Shown: positions 36,661-49,809 of the stretch, one piece after another
Position numbering within the stretch: position 1 is the stretch's first letter
Layout: every line of letters begins with the position of its first letter
Origin: Camelus dromedarius
Taxonomy: Eukaryota
Length of the DNA stretch: 64,000 nucleotides
NCBI RefSeq assembly: GCF_036321535.1
Contig: NC_087438.1
Coordinates: 9,798,001 to 9,862,000 of the forward strand
Direction of reading: 5' to 3'
Translations under genes and position numbers: made by a program
Notes under the pieces: generated by a model
The model's database searches: none
The model's input: the letters and a program-made list of their open reading frames with translations, nothing else
What the model was told of the DNA's origin: nothing

Positions 36661-38446
36661 TGTTAAATATAAACAAATAAAATTAAATGAAAAGTTAAGG
36701 TTAAAATATACTTCATTTCAAATTGGTCTCATGCAAGTATATTAAATAGAAAATATTCATTTTCAGTCTTTAAAACAAAAACATTCCTAGACAAAAATAC
36801 TAAAATCATTCTGAACAACCTACAAAGTAATATTCTATGTAAAAGTCTTATGTTTGTGATCAATTAGTCTGTTTAGATAAGACACCTACATTCATGTGTC
36901 CAGAGCATAACATAAAATGTAGCATATAAACAACTCTCATCATGCAACTGAGATAATTACAAATGTATATTTACTTAACACAATTTGAATGAATATATGG
37001 GAAAAATCTGGATTATCTGAACAAAGCAATCACCTAGTCTACATAATCCAGGGCCCAAATCTAACTGGAAGTTGAGGGAATTAACTGCTTAATATATCTG
37101 TTCCTATAGCAAGAATAACGAATGTTTGTCTAAACTCCTTATTTGATGTGAAAGACTGGTGGAAATTTCTTAACTTGGTAACATTTTGCAAGTTAGAAGG
37201 TTTTTAAGCCACTATATTACTATTGATAAAATGTTATTGGGTTGCCAGGAAATAAATAAAACTTTAGTAAAATATTTTTAATGATTCAGTTAAGACAAAA
37301 GGTCACAGTAACACCAATTGTTGGAACTGTTTATGTTGATCTTTTTTAAAGCACCAAAAAATAGCTACTCAAAAAGTAATATTGGAGAACTACATTCCAC
37401 AATTTAATTTCTCAATAACTTTGAGGGGGAAAAAATTCAAATTAAAATGTTCATGCTGCTAAAATGACTCCCAATTCTCTGTAAAAAGGAGAGTGAGTTT
37501 TCCCCAAAATGTCTTATCTTGGAGTCAGCCAGTGCAGTTACCTACTTTGTGAACATCTGTGGAAAAACTGGGTTGTTGTTTTTTTTAAAGTCAACACCTG
37601 ATGTGCCTACAGTTTGATGGATACCTCGGCTGTCTCTGTGTTTCTGTGAAGAAGTCTCTGAACACCTGCTTCCCTAACCAGCACCCCGGGTCCAGGAAAG
37701 TCTGCAAAGGAGGCTGATACTGCCATAGCCTGAGTACACAGGCTATACCTGGGCCAAAAAAAAAAAAAGGTGTACTGTGTTTTTACGTATTACATGCATA
37801 CTGCAATTTACATACTAGAATTCCCTTCTAGTTCAAAGGGGATTCTTGTACTGCTGGGAACTGTTATAATCAAGTGTATGTACAAATGCTCCTTTTTCTG
37901 TCAAGTGAACATTCTACTCTTCTGCCTCTTTTCAGTTTTACCAATATTTGTCATTATTTTAGTGCATCTACTTATATGGAGAAGAAAGATCATGGACGAT
38001 CAACAAAATGGTTTTATTCTTCAGTTTTGGAAACTTATTTATAATTACTTTTTAAAGTTAAAATGTCAAGTTTATGGTATGAAGTTTGTAAGATGAATAA
38101 TATGAAGACTCTTAGATAATAAAATCAATAGAAATTCTTTCCATTATTTAGAATAAGAAAATTATCTGATTATGAGAAGATAAAATCAATTACTTCTTTT
38201 ATTCCATTCATTAGAAAATAATACTATTTCCTTAAACATAAACCAAATCTATTGGAATTTTTTAAGAGAAATTTTCTGATGTACTTCTCCCTTACTGATG
38301 ACAATGAAAAGCAGCAAAGAAAAAAGTCCAAGCGAAAATATCCCAAAATATGTTCATAATTCCACTAAATACGACATTACTAAGAATATCTATAGTTTGT
38401 AATAAGTAACAATGTTATTTGCTTTACTCTCTAATGTATCACTTAC

Positions 38447-38670
38447 GTCTGGTTCCTTGATAACCTCTGAAGTAGTGTTCAGCATTCCCTGCCAGATCCT
38501 AGAAAGATCTCGAAGGTTAAATACGTAATGGAATTTTGCAGGGGTAGGGAGCATTTTAATCTTAGTCATCTGCCACAGTCGGCGTGTCAGGGGAACCAAT
38601 TTCGTCACTGAATCTCTCACTTCTTCAGAGTAACCCCTTTGGGTACAGTAGTACCCTCTCCCAATCACAC
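38447..38670 (-). CDS. DNAH5: DNAH5 exon ~50, AAA3 lid
   Basis: 224 nt; [17 protein letters not shown]...[36 protein letters not shown]; donor GAC|GTAAGT. Confidence 0.96.
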
Positions 38671-39968
38671 CTGAAAAAGGAAAAAAGCCGTAACATTTTC
38701 ACTAACAGTTCAAATTCACTAAATTAAAATGAAAAACATGATAATGTAGAGTACAAATAAACTACACATTTTAATAGATAACCACATATTAAAAAATTTC
38801 CATTATTAATGTTCTTTGAAGGTTTTTTAAACATCAAAAGTGGATATAGGTTCAAGTAAATTAGCATTCAAATACTGAAAAGTTGATTAAGAAGTTCTAC
38901 TAAAAACTCTAGCTGAACTAATTAAATATTATTAAATGAGTAACAATGATGAATATATAAAATTGCCTTATAAAAAGAAAAGAAAAAGGGAGGGTTTGTG
39001 AAGCCTTTAAGATTTCTCCATTCTTTTGTTGCCTTTCCATGCATTATAAAATACTTTAATTTACTTTATAGGTAAACCTTTCCAGGCAAAAAAAGAATAA
39101 TTAAAAGCGGTAATAGTCCCTCTCTCTGGTCCGTTTTACTTCTCCCAAGTTCAGATAATTCCCACGTCACTTGGTTTCCAAACCTTTGCCCACTGCTGTG
39201 AATGAAGGCAGATACTGTCAGATGCCATTAGCCTGGGGGGCTAAGATGACATTCTAGTCGGCCAGAAAGTAATTAGGGTAATCCTAAGGAGTTTGTTCTC
39301 AGTCCCAGTTTCAGAAATGGTAAATCAATACCGAACACGAATGCATGAATAACTTTATACTCTTTTTCTGGAAAGAATGATTCCACGATCAGTTTCTAAA
39401 CTCACTTTCATTACTCAGTTAAATAATTATGGTTATCTGTTGGGCTAGTGTTTCCTCAGTGAACTTATTTCTGAAATACTACATATGTAATCAATGAATA
39501 ATTTATTACCAATCATATAAATTACTCTGAGGATCAGACTCTTGACTAATTTCCATGCTGTGCAATATTATTTCTTTGGTCAAAATCATTATATGAGTTG
39601 GTTAAAGTATCAGCTACATAAACTTTTGGTATGGTATTACATCAATCCAGACCTCAAACATGTGCATCCGTGAAGAAACTATCTCACCATGTCCAAGACC
39701 ATTTGATGTTTAATCTTGCTGGCTTAAGAAGCTAGCAACAGTTACTTAAAGAAAAACATAGGGATAAAAGATCCACCTACACACCCAGCTCAGTACATAT
39801 ACACAATAAATCCTTAGATAAACAAAATATACTACTTGAGAATGATGGAGGCAGTAGGCTAATTAATCACCCAGTGCTCCCCACTGTGTTGACCTCTGAG
39901 TGGATATTGTCTCATTGGAACCCAGGCTGGTGTTCTTCCCTCCCAGGCCCTATTGACATTCATTTTAC

Positions 39969-40182
39969 CAAAGATCTTGTCCATGGAAGCATCAGAGGGC
40001 AATGTGCAATTAAATATAGAGAACTGCCTCTTGAGTCTTTGGGGTATATCATTGCGTCCACCCCCAGGATGGATCATGGCTGCTAAAAGCTGGATGTCCA
40101 CAATGCTGGTAAACTCCCCAGGCTTCTCCAGGTTATAAAATCCATTCTGTTCCATCAGCTGTCGTACTATCTCATTAGTAAC
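39969..40182 (-). CDS. DNAH5: DNAH5 exon ~49, AAA3
   Basis: 214 nt; [24 protein letters not shown]...[34 protein letters not shown]; donor TTG|GTAAAA. Confidence 0.96.
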
Positions 40183-40376
40183 CTAAGAAAGACAAGTCGA
40201 AGAATTAAAATGTCATTTCCTTATATCCCGGAACCTAACTCTTTGAATGTTTTTAAGTAACGGACTTTATTGGAATTCAGGAATTTACACGTTGAAAAAG
40301 TAGAAAAATATTTACTCATCAAAAAGTAAATCGATGATGAATTAGACAAGTAACGTGCACAATAGGATCGGTATAC

Positions 40377-40499
40377 CTGGTCTCCCCACTCGTTGATTAT
40401 GGGCATATTTACATCATCAATAAAAACAGTCATCTTCTTTCCCGCTGGAGGGCCATATGTTGTACCCATGCGTTTATCCACATAGCTCTCTATTGTCCT
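40377..40499 (-). CDS. DNAH5: DNAH5 exon ~48, AAA3 Walker B
   Basis: 123 nt; [41 protein letters not shown]; donor CAG|GTATAC. Confidence 0.96.
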
Positions 40500-42929
40500 C
40501 TGTTAAACAAAAAGCCAACAGGAGCATCTGTGAAAATATCCCCTAAGACTTGGTCAATTATTTTAAAATCTAGGAACCTCTGAAATTACAAGAATTAGAA
40601 AAACCCAAAAATTCTCCCTTAATTCTGGAAAGCAGGGCATGAGGTACCAAAATGTTCTTGGGTAACATTCATAATCTTTGACAATCTGGTTTGATTTAGG
40701 AGTAAATAAAATTCCAATCAACGTGAATTTTGAATGGGATGAGACTCTTCTGTTTATTCCTACAGATTTTGTTTTGTCGTACTGTGCCCCCGTTGATGAC
40801 ACTATAATCCCCAACCCCCATTATTCAAAGGGTCCAGCCCTGCTCAGTTTCCTTAAATTCAGAGACAAAGCTAACCAGGCTACTGTCCAAGAAGCTTCTC
40901 AGGGCTGTGCTCTGAGCCCCACCACAACCTGCCCTAATTTGAAGGATGGTCTCTCTTCGCTGAGAAGTCTGCCAACTGACTTCTGTAGCCTGACACAATC
41001 GGCTTTGGGACAGACACAGTGACACTGAATCATTTCTCTTCCCCTTCACAAAATGGGGGACAATGCCTTCTCTTTTCTATGTTGAGCTTGGGTGGTACAG
41101 GAGGGTCCTATACTCTGCTCTATAAAAATATTCCTAGCAGTGTGGAAAGGAGTTATTAGAACAGATAGAAGGGGTGCTGGCAGGGGTAAGGGGGACCTGG
41201 AGGAAGAACCCCAGACTACTGACTACAGTATTATTATTTCCATGGTAATACAATGTAGTTTGGAAATCAATCCATCATTCAAAATGTATGTACTGAGTAA
41301 CCAGAGCTAGCACTGCAGGGAAAACAAGTTTCACAAAGCTCAGTCTTAAAAACCTCATTTCGTTCCCACTATGACAGGAACCTACTGATTCATGATTTTT
41401 AAGTCATGTTGAAGATAATATATAAATATAAGAGAAAGTGGAGATGTATTGAGATAAAAATGCATTCTCCTCCTATCCAAAAAATGTCTTCTTATTTCAT
41501 GATGAAGAGCAAACCAGTTAAAATGACATTAATAATCCTTCAAGATACAACCACAAAATAAGGCCAAGATATAAACAAAAATCTATATATCTGTTCTTGG
41601 AAATCTTCGCAGTTTGGTCATTTCAAATTGTTAAGTTTCCATCAGTTTAATGAATAATAGCAAGAGATGTAAAATTTTTTCACTATTTTTTAAATAGAAA
41701 GATACATAAATATATTACAATCCATTCAATTACAAAATAAATTTCCCATGACAACGGTACAATGGCAAAAGAAAAAAAAAGCCACATTCCCTTGACATAA
41801 AAGCAAACTGTTTAAAGTAATGCACTAAACTAAATCTAGCTCTGCTTCTCAATGAATCTAAATGCATAAAGCAATTAATAATCTTTTGACAACTCCCTAC
41901 GGCAAAACAGAGCCTTTCAGGCATCCCCTTTTCTGTTAATGAGAACTTACAGGCACCTGAAGAATTTATGTCTTCAGGAGCCTTCTGAGAACTAAAGCCA
42001 CAGATGGAACAGGTGAGATAATATGGAGTCATAGTCACATGCCTGCACTTTCTTCCCCTTCATTACAAACCTAATTTCTTTGAAATAGCAGGAAATTACT
42101 AGTGAGTGATAAATATCATTAAAAAAGCTAAGTTGACCAAAATTTAAAAAAAAAAAAAAGGAGGGAGAAAAATTAAAATAGTTTGTGAACCTGGAAGTTG
42201 AGACTTCTTCCTGTTTCCAGAATTGCTGCCCATTAAATAGATATCGAATGACCTGGGGAGTCTGATAAGAGCTCCTGAAGCCCTGAAACACAGTAACTTC
42301 ATGCTCTACTCCATCTTAGATCTATTTCTCTGGGAATGGCTGGGAAAACTGTACAATTGGACTGGTATCTCCAACTGGACTTTCCCGTGTAGGTGATCTA
42401 TAGCATTGCAAAGCCAACATATCCAAGCAGACGTCTCTCACTCATCACAAAGTCTGCACCCACTGCTCGGTGCTCATCTCACGGATCAACACATCTACCT
42501 AACGGCCCCACCCACACATGTCGACATCCAACATCCATACGTTCTTTCTAGTATAATTTCAGTCTTGCTTTCTAATGTCTCTCCTCCTCTCTGAACAACG
42601 CTGTGCCCTAGATCTAGATACGCCTAGCGTTATCTGTCTTTCTCATATGGATTAGTGTTACAATCTTTTAAATTGCCCTCCCTACCTCCAGTCAGCCCTG
42701 CAAATTTCTTTTTCTAAGAAGTCATATACACTGTCTCTATTGTGTGAGTGACAATTTTATCCAGATTCTTCTGTCTCCCCAAAGGAATCAGTCTAAAGAA
42801 TTACCGTTCATCTTTGTAGTATTCTGCCATTCACCTTCTCCCTGGTCTCCTTGATCTATGTTCCCGCCTCATCCATTGTTTCAGTGGAATAAATCATAGT
42901 CCAGTTAACACAACCAAATAGGTATAGTT

Positions 42930-43420
42930 ACTCATTTGATTTATTGTCTGTCTCTCCCACTAGAATGCAAGGAAGGCAGGCTCCTTGTTTGTCTTGTTCA
43001 TCACAGCCTCCTCAGTGTCTAGAAAGGTGTCTGGTACAATGTATTTATCAGTAAATATTTGCTACATAGATCAAGAAAAACAAGAAACTTGGGAGTTATC
43101 TTTAATTTTTTTCTCTCTCCTATCCCACTCCTCCAACAAAATTCACTCAACCAAAAACAAGCCCTGTCAGTTCTGCTTCTCAACCACAACTTGAATGCAT
43201 CCTCGTACTGTTTTCATTCCCGCTTTTACTCTCCTGGTCCAGCCCAACCCCTCTCCTGAGGAATTACTGTAACCACCTCCTCTGAAGTCTCTCTGAGGAA
43301 AGCCCTGTCTCTTCCATCTGCAGCCAGAATGCACTTTCTAAGTGGTGATGTAATCCTGCTCAGCATTCCAGTGGTTCCTTATTACTGATTTACAGGGAAC
43401 ATCATGATGGTCCCAGCTCA
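42930..43420 (+). mobile_element. L2 relics, including a 3' terminus
   Basis: ttgtctgtctctcccactagaatg...gtcttgttcatcacag...cagtaaatatttg; cagccagaatgcactttctaag. Confidence 0.7.
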
Positions 43421-44021
43421 ACTCTCCAGCCCTAATGAAAACAACCTATCGAGTAACAGATGTGTGTCCTTGACACATGTGCCATCATGGGGACAACAGA
43501 GGGATGGACAGTATCTATTTTCTCATCTACAATTTCAATTTGGTTTGGCTCCAGATAAATGGGAGACACAGAGACCAATGCTCAGCTCCATCAGCCCTTG
43601 TTTAGCATGAAGAGCTGAAAATTATAGTGAGAAAGTTGATTACAGCAGTTTAGCTAATTGAAAGCTTTCTGAAACTAATGAGTCTAGCTTAATAGAAAGC
43701 TCTGATGCTTAGCAGTCAAAACAGCCACTAAACAGAGTAGATGATCCTGTGATAACTCTGAACAGAAAAAGAAATAGTGAAATGCTGAAATCACCTTCTT
43801 ACTGAAGGCTGAAGTTCAGTAGTTGTGAATCAGATCATGGAACCCTAAAGAATACAGGTGTTTATGTCTTGAACGCCTGCTTCATAATTCTTCTAATGAT
43901 TATACTTCAATGCAGTACTGCTTCTAGAAATTTATTATATGGTTTATGAATTTGTATATTAGTAAAAAGATTGTTTTCTAGATCGTGTGTGCCCTTTACC
44001 AAGAAATTAATAAATATTTCA

Positions 44022-44790
44022 TGTTATAGAGACATAAAGCACAGATCTTTACCACCTGAGAGGGGTAAATATCACCAAGAGTTACTAGCAAAACTGTGTG
44101 ACAACTCCTTGCCTTATACTAAAGAATTTCGCTCACTTTTGTCCCTGTTTCCTAGGAGGGAGCCTTTAAACCCTTGGAGTGTCCTGAATGATAAGAATGT
44201 CTTTGTTATTCATGGTGGACCTCTCAGACCACTTGTGACAGAAAGGCCAACCATGTGATTAGAGGGTTAGAGCTTTAAATCATGGGGTATCAGCTGACTT
44301 CCTTGGCCGGGGGAGGGGGGGGTTGGAGATCGAGTTCAATCACATGGCCAATCAATCATGCCTGTGGAATGTCACTTCAATAAAAACTCTGAACACTGAG
44401 GCTCAGGTGAGCTTCCTGCTTGATGACATACACAGATGTGCCTGGAGAGTAATACATCCTGAGGACAAAGAAAGTTCACACTTGGGACACTCCCAAACCT
44501 TGCCCTATGCATCTCTTCTTTTGGCTGATCCCGATTCATATCTTTTATGTTAAAACCATAATCATAAGCATATCATTTTCCTGAATTCTGGAATCATTCT
44601 AGTTAATTACAGAAGCTGACAGGGTCATAGGAACCCTTAAGTCTGCAGCCAGTTGTTCAGAAGTGCTGGTGGCCTGGGACCCCCTGAGCTTGTGGCTGGT
44701 TCTAATGTGAGGGAAGTCCTGTGGGAGACTGAGCCCTTCACCCATGAAGTCTGCAGTAACTCCAGGTAGTCACTGTCAGAACTGCATTCC
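44022..44790 (+). mobile_element. MER21-like solo LTR (ERVL class)
   Basis: aaggccaaccatgtgattagagggttagagcttt, ccaatcaatcatgcct, aataaaaactctg...gtgagcttcctg, gtgtcagaact-like end. Confidence 0.82.
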
Positions 44791-46723
44791 ACCCCTAAAG
44801 ATGTAATTCACTCTCAAGAAATGTGAATAGCTAGATAGCGACCCTACATAATGAAAAGAAATCATACTTTAATGCTGATGAGGACAGTCTAGTAAAGGAA
44901 GAGGGAAATGATGTGTAGGAGGAAGAATAAAGGATTGATAGAGCAATATCCTCGAGTAGGAAAAAGGGGATGAGACCTCGTGAACAAGTGAACAACTAGC
45001 TTTGACAGAAGCAAAGATGCTTTATTTGAAACAGAAGCAGAGTGTATGGTGCGGGTGTTGGTAGGGAGGTAAATGGGATGTGGGATTTTAGAAATTCACT
45101 TCTGATTAGTTCAATATTCTCAGTGAAATAAAAGTTTATCCCTGAGAATAAGAACAGGGAAGCAAAGCGGAGAAGGTGGGGAACAGTCCTTCTAGGCAAG
45201 GGGGGAGAGAGGGAATGGGGGATGAACACTTCAATGGCCTAATCAAATCAAGAACCCACTGAGGTTTACAAAATGAGACAACATGACTGTGTTTTTTCTC
45301 CAGAGATATTCAGTTGCATGGCTACAAACTTGGAAAGGCAGAGAGATTCTACTTATCTAGGGTTGTGACTTTGCTAAGCAAGTAAGGAGCCAGAGAGGGC
45401 AAGGGGAAAAAAATTCAAAGTTTAATTAAACACTTAAAAATCTTCATCAACAAGTAAGGTGATAATTATAACCTATAAGGAGAACTTCTCTTAAAGTAAA
45501 CAAGAGTTCTTTAAATATAAAACAGTATCCAGGGAATGTGTATAACGTTAGTATCTTGCCAGTCCAGGATAATTTAGTGTGCTGTTCCCCAAACACAAGA
45601 ATACCACCGCTGAGTCACTACGATTTGGGGCTGATAGTCCATCCAGACCTTCCCGACACCACACTGTGTAAATAATATTCATTCGATAGAAGGCCATCCA
45701 GTTTTGGAAATTCCATCTCTAACAGAGGAGCATAATGTTTTGACAGTCTTATTTAGAGACTTAACCAATAGTCATTTTATTTGCATTCTGCAGTCATCAA
45801 TTACACTCAGTGATAAAAAGTCACGATTTAGCCTTGATCGCAAGAATTTTCATTGCTCTTTGATAGTTTATCCCCTAAAACTAAACAACAACAAAGCTAA
45901 TCAAAAGCAAAGACCTTTGGAGCTTGGATTCCCCTAAAAATTTCCCTTCCACTTTCAATTTATGAATGTACCTTTTCATAAATCTTTTTCTGAGTGTATC
46001 ACCTCATACATTTCAATTTATAAGGTGTATCTTTTTATTCATGTCTTAATGTTCTAGTAAAGATATCAGAGGTTATTTGATATCAAACCCTTGAAGCATG
46101 GACTGACATTTAGGATTTCCTATCTGGTTTCAAAAAGGTCTTAAATAATTTAGGAATGGGAGAAAAAGAACCAGTTAGCCTATGCAAGCCCAGTTCATTC
46201 TTGGCAGGTTCATTGACAAAAGCAATGCAAACTTGAGAGTTTTTCTCTGTTCCTCCTCAGTGATACCATAGAGTAAAATCTTTAACGTGCTAAGATTCTA
46301 AGATTTGCATTCCTTGCTGCAATTGATAATAGAAGTTATTACGGAATATTAAGTCAGGGAACAGGATAAACATGGCAATATAGGAACCAGAGATTGGAGA
46401 AAGAAGAGAAGCTAGGTTGCAAGAGAATTAGACTTGAAGCAAGACCAGCTGGGGCTTCTTTGATGCTAACACCCTGTTGTGGAATCATGAGGAAGCGGAT
46501 TATGTAGAGATGTGTGGGGAGAATGAAGAAAAAAGGAAGAGATGTGAAAGTATTTCCTTAGATACATTAGCAACCCCTGACTCAAGAGAGACCCACCAAA
46601 GATGACTCTAATGTGTCTAACCTAAAGGCTAGAATAACAGTAACACTCCCAGAAAAGCAGAGAGTAGGGAGAAGCAGTATGTTTAGGTAGGGAATAAACA
46701 ATATTTCTTTTAATTTTGGATTT

Positions 46724-46865
46724 GGGGGGATGGTATGCTCAGTGGTAGAGCGTGTGCTTAGCATGCACAAGGTCTGGGTTCAATCCCCAGTAAATCCATT
46801 AAAAATAAATAAATAAACAAACAAACAAACAAACCTGATCATCTCTCCCCAAAATTAAAAAAAAA
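46724..46865 (+). mobile_element. tRNA-Ala-derived SINE (camelid vic-1-like), inserted in an L2 relic
   Basis: GGGGGG head, A-box gctcagtggtagagc, AGC anticodon arm gtgcttagcatgcac, B-box gggttcaatcc, AAAT/AAAC middle, A-tail; perfect 13-bp TSD taattttggattt at 46711-46723 and 46866-46878. Confidence 0.92.
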
Positions 46866-47163
46866 TAATTTTGGATTTTTGGTGTTCACAGGCTTTTCCA
46901 CATAGATATTCTAAACAGTATCAAGGTTTTGAACATATTATTTAAGCTTTTTATTTCTCCATAAGATTATATGTTATAATCTAACGAAGGAGAGATTCCA
47001 TTGCAATTGAATGATAGAGATAAAGAAGACATACACAGGGGACTTAGCACAGCTGTGAAAGTGCAGGTGCAGTTCGATGGGCACAGTACAGCTGTCAGGG
47101 GATTCAAGCCTCTGACGTCTATCACAAGCCTGGGCTAGATCAGCAACACCAGGGAGCCAGTAC

Positions 47164-47298
47164 CTGAAACGTGAGCGGGGTGGTTGCAGAAGAAAAGTTC
47201 AGACTCTTGATCATGTGGTTTTCAGGATCATATTTTGACATAAATCCTTTGATTATGACTGTTTTGGCTGTTCCTTGTTCACCAATTAACAGCACAGC
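47164..47298 (-). CDS. DNAH5: DNAH5 exon ~47, AAA3 Walker A
   Basis: 135 nt; [45 protein letters not shown]; donor CAG|GTACTG. Confidence 0.96.
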
Positions 47299-47345
47299 CT
47301 AAAACAGGAGTCAAGAAAGAAATACAGAAAATACAATAAAATAAT

Positions 47346-47601
47346 TGTCATGGGCTGAATGGCATCCCCACAAAATTCATACGTGGAAGCCCTAACCCCT
47401 CCCTCAGAATGTGACTGTGTTTGGAAACAGGGTCTTTCAAGGGACGATTAAGTTAAAATGAGGCTGTAACTGTGGGCCACTGTTAATCTAACTGGCCTCT
47501 TTACAAGAAGAGGAAACTCTGATACAGAGAAACCGCAGGGATGTACGCTCAGAGATAAAACCATAGGAGGACGCAGTGAGAAAACAGCCCCCCACAAGCC
47601 A

Positions 47602-47662
<61 letters not shown>

Positions 47663-47795
47663 CTCCGAAAAAACTAAACCACCCACACCTTAATCTTGAA
47701 CTTCAGGCCTCCATAACTGTGCAGAAAGAAATGTTCATTGCTTAAGCCACCCAATCTGTGGTATCTTGTTATGGCAGCCCAGGCGAAATAAGACA
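47346..47795 (+). mobile_element. MLT1A/B MaLR solo LTR
   Basis: TG...CA termini; aaattcatacgtggaagccctaacc, cttcaggcctccataactgtg, gttatggcagccc. Confidence 0.9.
47604..47659. repeat. Perfect (GA)28 microsatellite inside the MLT1 LTR
   Basis: Directly visible. Confidence 0.97.
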
Positions 47796-48066
47796 AGGAT
47801 CAAAAGAGAGGGCTCTCTGTTTAGAAAACTAAGTCAAAATTCACTTTCTCTCAATATATGAGAAACAATTACTTAATTATGAATTAGAGCTATGCAACTC
47901 TAAGACTGTTACTGAGGACTAATAAAGGAAGGGCTACTAATCTGGGCAATAGTTCTATTGATTCTAAACAGCAACATAAAACAGCCTAAGACGAACGCAA
48001 GACGCCTCATGTTTTCAAGTGATGTTTTTAAATACGTTATTTTTAATGAAAGTGAAAGAGCCATAC

Positions 48067-48209
48067 CTTGCCCTGTGAAGCGATGGTTTTAATTAGGAAG
48101 TCAGTTCTCACGTTGTCAACACTGGGCACCAAGATGGAGCCATACTCTGGGGTGGAATGAGGTGGAAACACATACGCCTCAGTACGTGTGTTCCAGTGCA
48201 TCCATTGAC
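48067..48209 (-). CDS. DNAH5: DNAH5 exon ~46
   Basis: 143 nt; [48 protein letters not shown]; donor AAG|GTATGG. Confidence 0.95.
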
Positions 48210-48881
48210 CTGAGGTGAACAGACACCATTTACATCTTCATATCCCAGTGAATAATTCCTATAATAATTGTAAGACCAAAAATAAAAGATCCCAGGCTGC
48301 CATATATATAACTATTGCATATCTATGTACTTCATATATGTGTATATGTGTGTTTTATACACGTGTAGGCACATATAAATAAACTTACAGTGTATATACA
48401 GAGATACAGGTGTATAGATACACACACCCATTTCGTAAAAACATACTTCACACTTCGTAATTGCTTTTCTCTTTTTCTTTTCCTTTTTCTTCTTTTCTTT
48501 TCCACACTTTGTAATTTTTATATAAGTTGCTGATTACATCAAATGAATAGCTGAAATGGATCTGATTTGGGGATTTTTAAAATTTCTTTGTAATTCATTA
48601 AAAGTTCAGTACGCAATATTTTAACAAGAAAATGTACATTTGGAACATAACTGAAATAAATATTTGAAAAAGAAACAAGTGACTATCATACACATATGAA
48701 AATTTCCATTTTAATTTTACAGCCAAGAGTTTTAACTATCATTTAGAAAAAAAAAAAAATATATATATATATACATATACATACACACACACACAGATAT
48801 ATACGGTGTCTGTGCAAATATTAGCCACTTGGAAAAAAAATGTCCGCGCATGTGATGGGCAGATGGAAGCAATGTGCTCAC

Positions 48882-49083
48882 CATCGGACGCGACGTAATA
48901 GTCAAACACGGTGTCGTCCGGCCCCGCTAGAGGCGGCAGGTCCAAGGCCCCCGCCTCCCGGGAGCGCAGCCAGAGCTCCAGCCGGCGCCGGCCGTCCAGT
49001 TCCAGCACCGCCCCGACGCTCCACATCAGGGCGAAGACGAACAGCCTCCCCAGGTGCTCTGCTGTGACCTCCGCACCCTGCTC
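48882..49083 (-). CDS. DNAH5: DNAH5 exon ~45 (GC/CpG-rich)
   Basis: 202 nt; [41 protein letters not shown]...[11 protein letters not shown]; donor ATG|GTGAGC. Confidence 0.94.
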
Positions 49084-49541
49084 CTGCGCGCGAGAGACAC
49101 GTTTTGTTTTTAATTGCTTCATCCTCAAACCAAAACTTTGCTTTGAGGTTTTAATGAAAACAGTGAAGATCTAAAAGAGACAACAGTTCCCCACACACAC
49201 ACACAAAAAAAAAAAAAGGAGGGAAGGATGAATAAAGCTGGAAAACAAACGCAGAACTGATCTCTGGGAATACCACACTGGTTTCCAAAATAAATTTGGA
49301 ATGATTTTTAGATGATTGCAAAAACCTGCCACAAAATTACAAATTCATGGTTTGTGTGTGAAAAAAAAAGAAAAAGAAAAAGGAAGGAAGGAAGATGAAA
49401 AAGACACAAAATATGTAGAGTCCATGTTTGAAAACTTCTCCCCTTCCCCATGGTTCTAAGAATGGATTTCAAATATTGCAGACCCTGCACAGAGTGGCTC
49501 AACTAAAAGGAGAGAAACTTCTAGAAAGCTGAGAGATTTAC

Positions 49542-49718
49542 CTTGGGAGGGATCAGGCCTTGAAGCATGCTGATGCTCTGCGTGATCACAAAGGCCTCAA
49601 GCATCTCCATCCGGTGTTCTAAGCTCTGAACACTGAAGCGATACAGGTCTGGAAACGACTGGGTGTACAGCTGCCGAAGAATTTCGGCTTCTTGAGGCGA
49701 GCGTTTCTTAAGAAAACC
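49542..49718 (-). CDS. DNAH5: DNAH5 exon ~44
   Basis: 177 nt; [59 protein letters not shown]; donor AAG|GTAAAT. Confidence 0.95.
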
Positions 49719-49809
49719 CTGTCAGTTTATAGATGAGTGTGTTGATTAAATTTATTAGCACCCCAGAATAATGGCCATTGTTGGACAAAAGTTTTTAAAA
49801 TATCAACTA

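Noticed and set aside
46724..46795. Functional tRNA-Ala gene
   Set aside because: It lacks a pairing acceptor stem and a T-run terminator, and has an A-rich tail and a TSD, so it is a SINE.
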